DNA from: an uncultured Gemmatimonadaceae bacterium
GTDB lineage: Bacteria; Gemmatimonadota; Gemmatimonadetes; Gemmatimonadales; Gemmatimonadaceae
Assembly (NCBI GenBank): GCA_963781585.1
Contig: CAWAGQ010000007.1
Coordinates: forward strand, 320,001 to 384,000
Length of the DNA: 64,000 nucleotides
Direction: 5' to 3'
In this document: in pieces, positions 30,631-39,495 of the stretch
How the letters are laid out: each line of letters opens with the position of its first letter
Numbering within the stretch: the stretch's first letter is position 1
Made by a program: the position numbers and the translations under genes
The notes under the pieces: model-generated
What the model saw: the letters and a program-made list of their open reading frames with translations, nothing else
Told to the model about the DNA's origin: nothing
Databases searched by the model: none

Positions 30631-31515
30631 GTGCCCGAGTCGCCTCCCGCTCCCCTCCGCATCGTCGGAGTCTCCGAGGCCGAGCCCATTCTGCTCAGTG
30701 GGCCGCCAGGCAGGCTGAGCGGTCGCGTCCAGCTTCAGAATCCACGCGGCGTCAGTCTCGTTTTCCGCGACGCGACGCTGAGGGATCCGTCCGGCGTCCT
30801 CACCGGCCGCCCATCGCGTCACGCTTCCGGACCGATCGTGTTGCGCCCGGCGCAGGAGCGGACAGTCCCGCTCAACGTGGCCGTCGATCCAACTACTCCT
30901 CCCGGGGACTACCGGGCCGAGGTCGACTTGATGGGCCAGTCGCGTCCGGCGCTGCTGCGCGTGGCGGAGGTGTTCGATCTGACCGTGCAGCCTGACACGC
31001 TCGTCATCGACAACCGCGCCGACAGGCCACAGCAGAAACGTGTCATCGTCACCAACGACGGGAATGTCCCATTCACGGTCGGTGACATCGGCGATGTGGG
31101 ACTCCGCGATGACGTCATCTGGGAAAGGGACCTGCGGCTCATCGTCCAGCCGTGGATCAGGAGAGACCCGGATGCCGACGAGCTCTGCAGCGCATTGCTC
31201 GCGCTGGCGCGCGAGCGAACCCCTCCCGTGAGCGTCGTTTCGGTGCGCAGTGCCGATGGAGCGGTGCACGTGCGCCCGGGAGAGACCGCCACCCTCGATC
31301 TCGCGATCACGCTCCGGGACGCTCTGCCGGCCGCCGGACGATTTCGCGGTCGTGCCGCTCTGTTGACCAGGGATCTCGACATTGTCGTCGTTTCGTCAGG
31401 CGGCCACGGGCACCACGAGGGTCCGCACCCACCGGCCCGACGCGCCGCCTTTACGCCGCCGTCCGCCAGAACTGAATCGACCAAGCCCACCAGGAAGCGA
31501 GGAGGTGGAACGTGA
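30631..31515 (+). CDS. Hypothetical protein with two Ig-like (COG1470/PapD-like) domains (ORF B)
   Basis: GTG start 11 nt after ORF A; VQLQNP..LRPAQE..PPGDYR and VIVTNDGN..VRPGET motifs. Confidence 0.75.
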   Translation: MPESPPAPLRIVGVSEAEPILLSGPPGRLSGRVQLQNPRGVSLVFRDATLRDPSGVLTGRPSRHASGPIVLRPAQERTVPLNVAVDPTTPPGDYRAEVDLMGQSRPALLRVAEVFDLTVQPDTLVIDNRADRPQQKRVIVTNDGNVPFTVGDIGDVGLRDDVIWERDLRLIVQPWIRRDPDADELCSALLALARERTPPVSVVSVRSADGAVHVRPGETATLDLAITLRDALPAAGRFRGRAALLTRDLDIVVVSSGGHGHHEGPHPPARRAAFTPPSARTESTKPTRKRGGGT

Positions 31516-32327
31516 ACGCCACCATGACAGGCACGACGCCCGACTGGATGAACCTGACATTTTCCGACTGGATGGAGCGGACGCTGCCCGGGTGGCAGGA
31601 CCGAAGCTACGGCGATCTCCTGCGGGCCACGCCCGCTGACTGGTGGGCCATGATGTATCCGTCCACGGCGACGACCGCCACACCGCCGTCGCCGTCGAAG
31701 CCCGGCTGGCGTCGACACCCGCACCATCACCACGCCGGCTGCGGCTGCCACGAACATGGCGAGCATCGTGAATGGCGGCGTGAAGAACAGCACCATCACG
31801 ATCGTCCCTGCGGCCGCTGCGCGCCTGATTCGTGCGAGTGCTTCTGCTGCATTGGAGACGTCGACCTGGCGGTCTACGCACGGCTCGGTGAGCAGCGGGT
31901 CATTCCGATCGTGGTGGAAAACGAGCGGCGTCGTGAGAAGGAGATCAGCCTCGAGCTCAGCGGCTGGACCACCCGCGGCGGAAAGCCGGCGCCAATCGAC
32001 ACGCTTGGGCTGGAACCCAAGACTTTTTCGCTGGCGCCGTGCGCGGAGCGGGAGGTGACGCTGGTCGTCAGGGCACGCGGCACCGAGAAGGGCGACTCCG
32101 CCACCGGGAGTGTGCTCGACGTCGCCGGCGCCGAGGTCTCGCGGACGCCTGGCGACACGACGTCGGCCAATCAGCCGCGCACGCCGCCGGACGTGGACAG
32201 CTGCCTGGTGGCGACCGCCGATCTCCGACTGGTGGGATGCGACCATCGGCCGCTTCGTATCGCGATCGCCATCCTGCCCCGCGACTGCGATCCATTCCGG
32301 GTGGGCTGTGGCTGCAATTGCTGCTGA
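31512..32327 (+). CDS. His/Cys-rich hypothetical protein with an Ig-like domain (ORF C)
   Basis: GTGA overlap with ORF B; HPHHHHAGCGCH, CGRC, CECFCC and C-terminal GCGCNCC. Confidence 0.8.
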   Translation: MNATMTGTTPDWMNLTFSDWMERTLPGWQDRSYGDLLRATPADWWAMMYPSTATTATPPSPSKPGWRRHPHHHHAGCGCHEHGEHREWRREEQHHHDRPCGRCAPDSCECFCCIGDVDLAVYARLGEQRVIPIVVENERRREKEISLELSGWTTRGGKPAPIDTLGLEPKTFSLAPCAEREVTLVVRARGTEKGDSATGSVLDVAGAEVSRTPGDTTSANQPRTPPDVDSCLVATADLRLVGCDHRPLRIAIAILPRDCDPFRVGCGCNCC

Positions 32328-32358
32328 CCGCGACGGCGCCGATCGGGCAGCCGATCAG

Positions 32359-33339
32359 ATGGCGTGGGCCGCGGAGTGGTCCACGTGGTACACGCAATAC
32401 CTGAGACGCGCCGCCGAACAATCGGAACGCACGCTCGATCTGTATCAGCGGGTCATCGATTGCGTGTCACGCGGAGAGCTGGCACCCAGCGCGCACCAGG
32501 ACCGTCTCAACGCGTTCTACAAGACTCGCGGCGCCACGTACGGTGCGAAGCTCTCGGATCTCACGCTGCGCTTTTTCGGCGGCGTGGTGCAGAGCTCCAC
32601 CTCCTACTCCAGAGAAATGTCGGAGGTGGTCACTCCGAACGCGGCGCCGCCACCCCCCCTGCCGAGGCTGGACCCCGCCGATCCCGCAAGGTGGTTTCAG
32701 CAACTCGCGGACTACGGCCGCGACCTGAGCGCGAATGCTGCCACAGCGTATCAGGCGTTCCTGGATCGGGTGGCCGCTGGCGAAGTGGCGCCGCGCGAGG
32801 TGCAGCTGGCTGCGGCCAGTTTCTTCGAGCGGCGCGTCCCGGAATTCCTGCATGACCTGGGCGGCCGGTATTTCGAGCTGCTGAACGGCCTCAACGATAT
32901 TCGGAGCGCCGGCGAGCAGGAGTTCCTGGCCGACCTGCTCGCCACCGCCGGTCGCGACGGGCGGGAGCCCACCCTGGCGCTGACCCTGGTCGGGCCGCTG
33001 GGAACATCCTGTACGGCGACGATCTCGCTCGCCAATACCCGGGACGAGCCCGCCCTCATTCGCTGCAGCGTGACCGACGTGCGGCGCATCGATGGCGTGG
33101 GCCCCGCGTTCATTCCACGCATCGATATCACCCCAGACCGTCTGGATCTGGCGCCCGGAGAGGAAGCCAGCCTGTCGGTCGTCGTCAGGCTCGACGAGGA
33201 CGACTACGACCCGGACGTGCCGTATGTCGGCGCCGTCTACATCACCGGTCACGGCGAGCCCCGTCTCGAGGTGCCGCTCCGGATCACCGCCACGCAGCCC
33301 GTCCAGACCGCGACGTCGGCGGACGAGCACGCGATGTAG
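32359..33339 (+). CDS. Hypothetical protein with a duplicated helical N-domain and an Ig-like C-domain (ORF D)
   Basis: YQRVIDCVSRGELAP / YQAFLDRVAAGEVAP repeat; ISLANTRDEP..LAPGEE..YVGAV; the start could be slightly upstream. Confidence 0.78.
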   Translation: MAWAAEWSTWYTQYLRRAAEQSERTLDLYQRVIDCVSRGELAPSAHQDRLNAFYKTRGATYGAKLSDLTLRFFGGVVQSSTSYSREMSEVVTPNAAPPPPLPRLDPADPARWFQQLADYGRDLSANAATAYQAFLDRVAAGEVAPREVQLAAASFFERRVPEFLHDLGGRYFELLNGLNDIRSAGEQEFLADLLATAGRDGREPTLALTLVGPLGTSCTATISLANTRDEPALIRCSVTDVRRIDGVGPAFIPRIDITPDRLDLAPGEEASLSVVVRLDEDDYDPDVPYVGAVYITGHGEPRLEVPLRITATQPVQTATSADEHAM

Positions 33340-33347
33340 GAGCTGGG

Positions 33348-36300
33348 ATGAGCCGGGGGAACGGCGCCCACGCGCCACCAGCGTTCGAACCGATCGCCAT
33401 CATCGGCATGCGCGGCCGCTTTCCGGGCGCCGGCGATCTCGATCAGTACTGGGTCAACCTGGCGAACGGCGTCGAGTCCATCACCGTCCTCACCCACGAA
33501 GACATGCGCGCCGCCGGCGTGCCCGACGATATCATCGGTCTGCCCGGCTACGTCAACGCGTCGCCGATGCTCGACGCGGTCGATGAGTTCGATGCCGAGT
33601 TTTTCGGCTTCTCGGCCCGCGACGCCTCGCTCACCGACCCGCAGCACCGGTTGTTTCTGGAGACCACCTGGGAAGCCCTGGAAGACGCGGGATACGATCC
33701 GGCGGCCTACCCGGGGGCGATCGGCGTGTTCGGCGGCTGTGAGCTCAGCAGCTACCTGTACCAGCTCTATCTGCACCGGGAGTCGTTAGGCTATCTCGAC
33801 GGCATGCAGCTGATGGTCACCAACGACAAGGACCATCTCTGCACTCAGGTATCGTACCGCCTCAATCTCCGCGGGCCCAGCGTCGACGTGCAGACCACGT
33901 GTTCGACCTCCCTGGTCGCGGTCTCCCTGGCCTGCGAGAGCCTGCAGGCCGGGCGGTGCGACATGGCGCTCGCCGGGGGCGTCACGGTCCGGGTGCCGCA
34001 GCACGGCGGATACCTGTATACGCCCGGTTCGATTCTCTCCCCCGACGGACACTGCCGGCCGTTCGACGCCGAGGCACAGGGGACGATCGTGGGCAGCGGC
34101 GTCGGTATCGTGGTCCTGAAGCGACTCGAACAGGCCTTGGCCGATCACGACAACGTCCGCGCCGTCATTCTCGGGACGGGCCTGAACAACGACGGGAGCG
34201 ACAAGGCCGGGTATACGGCGCCGAGCTTCCGCGGTCAAGCGGGCGCGATCCGGACCGCCCAGGCCATGGCGCGGGTGCCGGCGGACTCGATCGGCTACGT
34301 GGAGGCCCACGGAACGGGCACCATCCTCGGCGATCCGATCGAGCTGTCCGCGCTGATCGAGGTCTTCCGCGAACAGACCGACCGGCGCGGCTTCTGCGGA
34401 ATCGGTTCCGCGAAATCGAACTTCGGTCACCTCTCGTGCGCGGCCGGAGTAGCGGGGCTGATCAAGACCGTCCTGGTGCTGGAGCACGGCGCCATTCCGC
34501 CAACGGTGCACTACACGGCGCCAAATCCGGCGATCGACCTCGCCGCCAGTCCGTTCTACGTCACGACCCGGCTCCGAAAGTGGGAGCGTAATGGATCACC
34601 ACGCCGCGCCGGCGTGAGCTCGTTCGGAGTGGGCGGTACGAACGCACACCTGGTCCTCGAGGAAGCACCGTCCCGCATCACGCCGGAAGCACAAAGCCGG
34701 CACCGGCTGCTCACCATTTCGGCGCGCACCAGGGACGGGCTGGATGCCGCGACGCGCAACCTCGCGTCACACGTCATCGCACATCCGGACCTCGACCTGG
34801 CGGACGCCGCCTTCACGCTGCACGTCGGTCGGCGGCCGTTCAAACATCGCCGCGTGCTGGTGGCGCGTGCCGACGACCGGCCGGGCCTCATCGCGGCGCT
34901 CGAGGATCCGTCGCGTCTGGGTGAGGGTGTGGCCGGCGCCGCACCGCCGGTGGTGTTCATGTTTCCCGGCCAGGGGTCCCAGTATCCGGGGATGGCGGCT
35001 GGATTGTATCACAGCGAGCCGGTCGTGCGTCGCGCGGTCGACTACTGTGCGCGCGTGCTCAAGCCGGAGCTGGGTGGCGATCTGAGACGCCTGCTCTTCC
35101 CGGCGCCGCGGCGCCGGAAGAGCGCGGCCGCGGAGCTCACCGACACGCGGTGGGCACAGCCGGCGCTCTTCACGGTGGAGTACGCCCTCGCACAACTGTG
35201 GAAATCGTGGGGAATCCCCCCGGCCGCGATGGTCGGGCACAGTGTGGGCGAGTATGTGGCGGCCACGCTCGCAGGAGTGATGACGCTGGAGGACGCGCTG
35301 GCGCTGATTGCGCGCCGCGGACAGCTCATCTCGTCGATGCCGCGCGGGTCCATGCTCGGCGTCATGGCTCCAGCGGCGACGCTCGAGCGTTTCGTGGACC
35401 ATGATATCTCGATCGCCGCGGTCAACGCTCCGTCGTACTCCGTGCTCTCCGGGCCGCATGAGGCGATCGATCGCGTGGAGGCCGCGCTCCTCAGCGAGAA
35501 CGTCGCGGCCCGGCGGCTGAAGACGTCGCACGCCTTCCACTCGGCGATGATGGAGCCGATTCTCGGCGAGTTCGAGAGCGCGGTGGCGGGGGTTCGTCTC
35601 TCCGCGCCGGCCATTCCGTTCGTTGCCACGCTGACCGGTCAATGGGCGGACGGTCCGGTGACGCAACCGGGCTACTGGAGCGGTCAGCTGCGGTCCACCG
35701 TCCGGTTCGCCGACGCGCTGCGCGCGCTCACCTCCGCCGGGAGTCCGATCGGCAAGGATCCGGTGCTGCTGGAGGTGGGTCCGGGTCGCACGCTGGTGAC
35801 CTTCGCGGCGCAATCCGCCATCAGCGACGGCCGGCCGGCCACGTGCCTGACGTCGGTGCCGGGATATGACGATGACCGGCCGGACACCGAGGTGATGCTC
35901 GGCGCGCTGGGGGAACTGTGGCTGCGCGGAGCGCCGGTCGACTGGCGTGCGTTTCACGAGCATGAGCCCCGGAAACGCGTCACGTTGCCGACGTACCCGT
36001 TCGAGCGGCGCAGCTACTGGATCGGTCCCCGGCCCGAGCGGGTGGCCACCGCGGTCCAGCCCCGCGATACGTCATCCTGGTTCCACCGGCCGGTCTGGCG
36101 TGAGGCGCCACGGGACGACGCGACCCTGGCGACGCTCGATGACCGGCGCATCCTGGTGTTCGACGAGGAATCCGGCGTCGGCGCCGCGGTGATCGGGCGC
36201 CTGCGGGCGGCCGGCGCCCGACCGCTTGTCGTTAGGCGTGGGCCGGCCTTCTCGCGCACCAACGAGGGATCCTGGACGATCGATCCCGCGCAGCCCGACG

Positions 36301-38687
36301 ACTTCCGGCGACTGGCCGCCGAGGTTTGCGCGGCCGACGATCGTCTGGCCGGTGTAGTGGATTGCTGGAGCGCCGAGCCGCCGGGGCGCACTGACCTCGA
36401 CGCCGCCGGTGTGGTGACGCTGCTCGCCCCAATGCGGCTCGCGCTCGCGCTCAGCAGCCAGCCCACCGTGCGTCCGCTGCCGATGCTGCTGGTGGCGCGC
36501 GGGGCCACCCGGGTCGATCCCGACGACGTGATCGACCCGCCGAGAGCGCTGGGAATCGGACCGGCGAAAGTCGTGCCGCAGGAGCACCCCGGACTCCGAC
36601 TGGCGCACCTCGACGTCGATGCCCACCCCGCGGTCGCCGATCAGATTCTCGCCGAGCTGGCAGCGGGCGCGTCCGAGCCGGCGGTGGCCCTGCGCGCGGG
36701 ACGCCGCTTCGTCGAAGCGTACGATCCGGTCGTGATCGAAGAGGCTCGTGCGCCGATTGCGCTGCCGGAACGCCCCGTGGTCATGATGACCGGCGGACTT
36801 GGCCACATCGGCCTGAGTCTGGCCGAAATCATGCACGCCCGGATGGGAGCGCGCCTGGCGTTGATCGGACGATCGCCACTGCCGTCGCCTGACAGGTGGA
36901 AGGCGAAGAGCGAGGACCCTTCCACACCGTTCGCCCAGCGAGATGTACTCCGACGCCTCGCGCGGCTCCGGTCCGAACGCGATGACCTGATCGTGCTGAG
37001 CGCCGACCTGAATGACCGCCAGCAACTTGTGGCGGCGGTGGATGCGGCCGTGGCGCACTTCGGGCAGATCGATCTCGTCGTGCACGGCGCGGGCCGCATC
37101 GACGCGGCGGCCTTCGGCGCGGTCGCCGATACCGGTCCCAGCGTCATGAATGCGCAGTTCTCGCCGAAGTTGCGCGGGTTGTACCAGCTCATGGAGGCGA
37201 TGCAGGGGCGCGAGCCAGGCCGGTGGATCCTGCATTCGAGTATCTCGACCGTACTCGGCGGACTCGGCCTCGCCGCGTACACCGGCGTCAATGCCGTGCT
37301 CGACGCGATCGCGATCGCGGGCGGCGATCGCTGGCTCAGCATCGACTGGGACGCGTGGGACAACGCCGCCGAGGCGCAGGTGGAAGGGATGCCCGTCGCC
37401 ATCCACCCTCCCGAGGGGCGCGACGCCTTTCTGCGACTGCTCGGCGCCGAGATCGGCCCTCGCGCAATCGTGGTCGTCAACGACCTCGAAGCTCGCGTCC
37501 GCGACTGGATCCGTCACGCCGATGGCGCGGCGAAGAACACTGCCGGCGCGGTACGCCATCCACGCCCGAACCTGTCGGTTCCATTCGAGGAACCGCGTAC
37601 CGAAACGGAGCGCAGGCTCGCCGAAATCTGGGGCGAGCAGCTCGGCGTGGCACCGGTGGGAGTGCACGATCGCTTCCTGGACCTCGGCGGCCATTCGCTG
37701 CTGGCGGTACAGGTCGCGTCCGAGATCCGCGACCAGTTCCAGATCGAAATGCCGGTGCTGCGGCTCTTCCAGGCGCCCACCGTGGGGCAACTGGCCACCA
37801 TCATCGAGCAGCTGCAGACGTCAGGCGGTTCCAACGTAAACGCGGCGGGGACGGCCGCGGCCAGGCCCGCCGCTGCGATTCCACTGCCAGCGACGCCCGT
37901 CCTCAAGGGCGACTCCCCGGCAAGTGCGGCCAAGGCCAGCTACCGCGAGTTCTACGACGACATCACGCGTCGCCTCGAACGTGCGGGCGTGGGGGCGGCG
38001 TCGTTCTTCCTCAACTATGGATACGTCAGTCTCGGCGACGGTGACGAAGCCCGGTTCGCGGTGCCCGACGGAGTCTTCAACGCGAGCTCCGTACGGCTGG
38101 CGTTCGAGCTGATCGGCGGCATCGACCTCGAAGGGCGACGCGTTCTGGACGTGGGGTCGGGGCGAGGGGGAACCGTCGCCCTCCTCGCCGACCGGTTCGG
38201 CGCGGACGGTACCGGCGTCGATCTCTCACCGGAAGCGGTCGCCTTCTGCCGGCGTACTCACCAGCAGCCTAACGTCCGGTTCGAGGTCGGTGATGCCGAA
38301 CACCTCCCCGTTGCCGATCAGTCGTTCGATGTCGTCACGAACATCGAGTCCTCGCACACCTATCCGAACCTTCGCGCGTTCTTCGTCGAAGTGCGGCGCG
38401 CGTTGGTGTCGGGGGGTTGGTTCCTCTATACGGACCTGCTTCCCGTGCAGCGCTGGGCCGAGGTCCATGTGCTGCTCACGTCGCTCGGCTTCACGCTGGC
38501 GACGGATCGGCACATCACGCCGAACGTGCTCGCCTCGTGCGATGCGGTGGCGGCTACCCGGGCACAGGCGTTCGGTGAGGAGAGCGTCCTGATGGACAAC
38601 TTCCTCGCCGTCCCCGGTTCGACCATCTACGAGCAGATGCACTCCGGCGCCTGGGAGTATCGCATCCTCCGAGCCCGTCGCGCGTGA
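33348..38687 (+). CDS. Single-module type I PKS: KS-AT-KR-ACP-methyltransferase
   Basis: KS VQTTCSTSL, EAHGTGT, KSNFGH; AT GHSVG and HAFHS; KR TGGLGHIG..YTGVN; ACP LGGHSLL; MT FLNYGY, LDVGSGRGG, NIESSHTYP. Confidence 0.93.
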   Translation: MSRGNGAHAPPAFEPIAIIGMRGRFPGAGDLDQYWVNLANGVESITVLTHEDMRAAGVPDDIIGLPGYVNASPMLDAVDEFDAEFFGFSARDASLTDPQHRLFLETTWEALEDAGYDPAAYPGAIGVFGGCELSSYLYQLYLHRESLGYLDGMQLMVTNDKDHLCTQVSYRLNLRGPSVDVQTTCSTSLVAVSLACESLQAGRCDMALAGGVTVRVPQHGGYLYTPGSILSPDGHCRPFDAEAQGTIVGSGVGIVVLKRLEQALADHDNVRAVILGTGLNNDGSDKAGYTAPSFRGQAGAIRTAQAMARVPADSIGYVEAHGTGTILGDPIELSALIEVFREQTDRRGFCGIGSAKSNFGHLSCAAGVAGLIKTVLVLEHGAIPPTVHYTAPNPAIDLAASPFYVTTRLRKWERNGSPRRAGVSSFGVGGTNAHLVLEEAPSRITPEAQSRHRLLTISARTRDGLDAATRNLASHVIAHPDLDLADAAFTLHVGRRPFKHRRVLVARADDRPGLIAALEDPSRLGEGVAGAAPPVVFMFPGQGSQYPGMAAGLYHSEPVVRRAVDYCARVLKPELGGDLRRLLFPAPRRRKSAAAELTDTRWAQPALFTVEYALAQLWKSWGIPPAAMVGHSVGEYVAATLAGVMTLEDALALIARRGQLISSMPRGSMLGVMAPAATLERFVDHDISIAAVNAPSYSVLSGPHEAIDRVEAALLSENVAARRLKTSHAFHSAMMEPILGEFESAVAGVRLSAPAIPFVATLTGQWADGPVTQPGYWSGQLRSTVRFADALRALTSAGSPIGKDPVLLEVGPGRTLVTFAAQSAISDGRPATCLTSVPGYDDDRPDTEVMLGALGELWLRGAPVDWRAFHEHEPRKRVTLPTYPFERRSYWIGPRPERVATAVQPRDTSSWFHRPVWREAPRDDATLATLDDRRILVFDEESGVGAAVIGRLRAAGARPLVVRRGPAFSRTNEGSWTIDPAQPDDFRRLAAEVCAADDRLAGVVDCWSAEPPGRTDLDAAGVVTLLAPMRLALALSSQPTVRPLPMLLVARGATRVDPDDVIDPPRALGIGPAKVVPQEHPGLRLAHLDVDAHPAVADQILAELAAGASEPAVALRAGRRFVEAYDPVVIEEARAPIALPERPVVMMTGGLGHIGLSLAEIMHARMGARLALIGRSPLPSPDRWKAKSEDPSTPFAQRDVLRRLARLRSERDDLIVLSADLNDRQQLVAAVDAAVAHFGQIDLVVHGAGRIDAAAFGAVADTGPSVMNAQFSPKLRGLYQLMEAMQGREPGRWILHSSISTVLGGLGLAAYTGVNAVLDAIAIAGGDRWLSIDWDAWDNAAEAQVEGMPVAIHPPEGRDAFLRLLGAEIGPRAIVVVNDLEARVRDWIRHADGAAKNTAGAVRHPRPNLSVPFEEPRTETERRLAEIWGEQLGVAPVGVHDRFLDLGGHSLLAVQVASEIRDQFQIEMPVLRLFQAPTVGQLATIIEQLQTSGGSNVNAAGTAAARPAAAIPLPATPVLKGDSPASAAKASYREFYDDITRRLERAGVGAASFFLNYGYVSLGDGDEARFAVPDGVFNASSVRLAFELIGGIDLEGRRVLDVGSGRGGTVALLADRFGADGTGVDLSPEAVAFCRRTHQQPNVRFEVGDAEHLPVADQSFDVVTNIESSHTYPNLRAFFVEVRRALVSGGWFLYTDLLPVQRWAEVHVLLTSLGFTLATDRHITPNVLASCDAVAATRAQAFGEESVLMDNFLAVPGSTIYEQMHSGAWEYRILRARRA

Positions 38688-39265
38688 TCGCCGTCTCGGC
38701 ATGGCTGATTGCGGTGCGTGGAGGGGCGGGCACCGATCGGGGACTGCTCGAGCTGCTCACCATGGCCGAACGTGAAACAGTTTTGCGCCTGGGCTTCGCC
38801 GCCGATCGGGATCGTGCCGTGACGGCGCGCGCGGCGGCCCGGCTCGAACTCGGTCGGCGGCTCGGCGTGCCGCCCGCGTGTGTTCCTCTCGTGAGGCAGG
38901 CGGGGGGCAAGCCGTTCGTCGACGGCCTGGGACTCGGCGTCAGCTGGTCACACAGTGGCTCCTGGATCGCGCTGGCTCTGGCGGAAGACCGGGCGGTAGG
39001 CGTGGACATCGAGCGAATTCCCGAACGTGTGCCGATCGACGCGCTCGTCAGGTTCGGCGTGACCTCGCTGGCGGACTTCGTGGCCCGTGAGGCAGCCGGC
39101 AAGGTGACGGGCCAGGGGCTGGTCGGGGACTCGCCACCCGGAGTGCGGGCCCAGGTACTCCACGCGCCCGCTGGATACCTGGCTGCCGTCGCGGCGCCGG
39201 GCGCCGACTGGTGCGTCCATGCGGCAGCGCCGATCACCACCGGCGTTCGCGCAGCCCTGGCATAG
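38684..39265 (+). CDS. 4'-phosphopantetheinyl transferase (short Sfp-like)
   Basis: GGKP, VSWSHSG, VGVDIE, FVAREAAGK; GTGA overlap with the PKS. Confidence 0.85.
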   Translation: MIAVSAWLIAVRGGAGTDRGLLELLTMAERETVLRLGFAADRDRAVTARAAARLELGRRLGVPPACVPLVRQAGGKPFVDGLGLGVSWSHSGSWIALALAEDRAVGVDIERIPERVPIDALVRFGVTSLADFVAREAAGKVTGQGLVGDSPPGVRAQVLHAPAGYLAAVAAPGADWCVHAAAPITTGVRAALA

Positions 39266-39495
39266 CGACTCTCACAGTCGTCGTCGCCATCGCGGACCGC
39301 GACCACGGCGGACGCTCGAGGCCGCATCACGCGCGGGACCCCCAAAGGAGATTTTCCTCTCGCAGTGTTACGTCATGTATCGCGACTTCCCATTGCGTGT
39401 TAGTCGCGCGACGCGCAGCACGCTACGTTTGGCACGCGGCGCTCAGCGTAACACCGCTGCTGCCGTGCTCGACCGCACGGCACGGACTCGAGGGC

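Noticed and set aside
36072..37790. Long antisense ORFs (e.g. 819-2207, 18258-19838, 36072-37790, 62082-63764)
   Set aside because: These are shadow ORFs expected opposite high-GC3 genes and have no motifs
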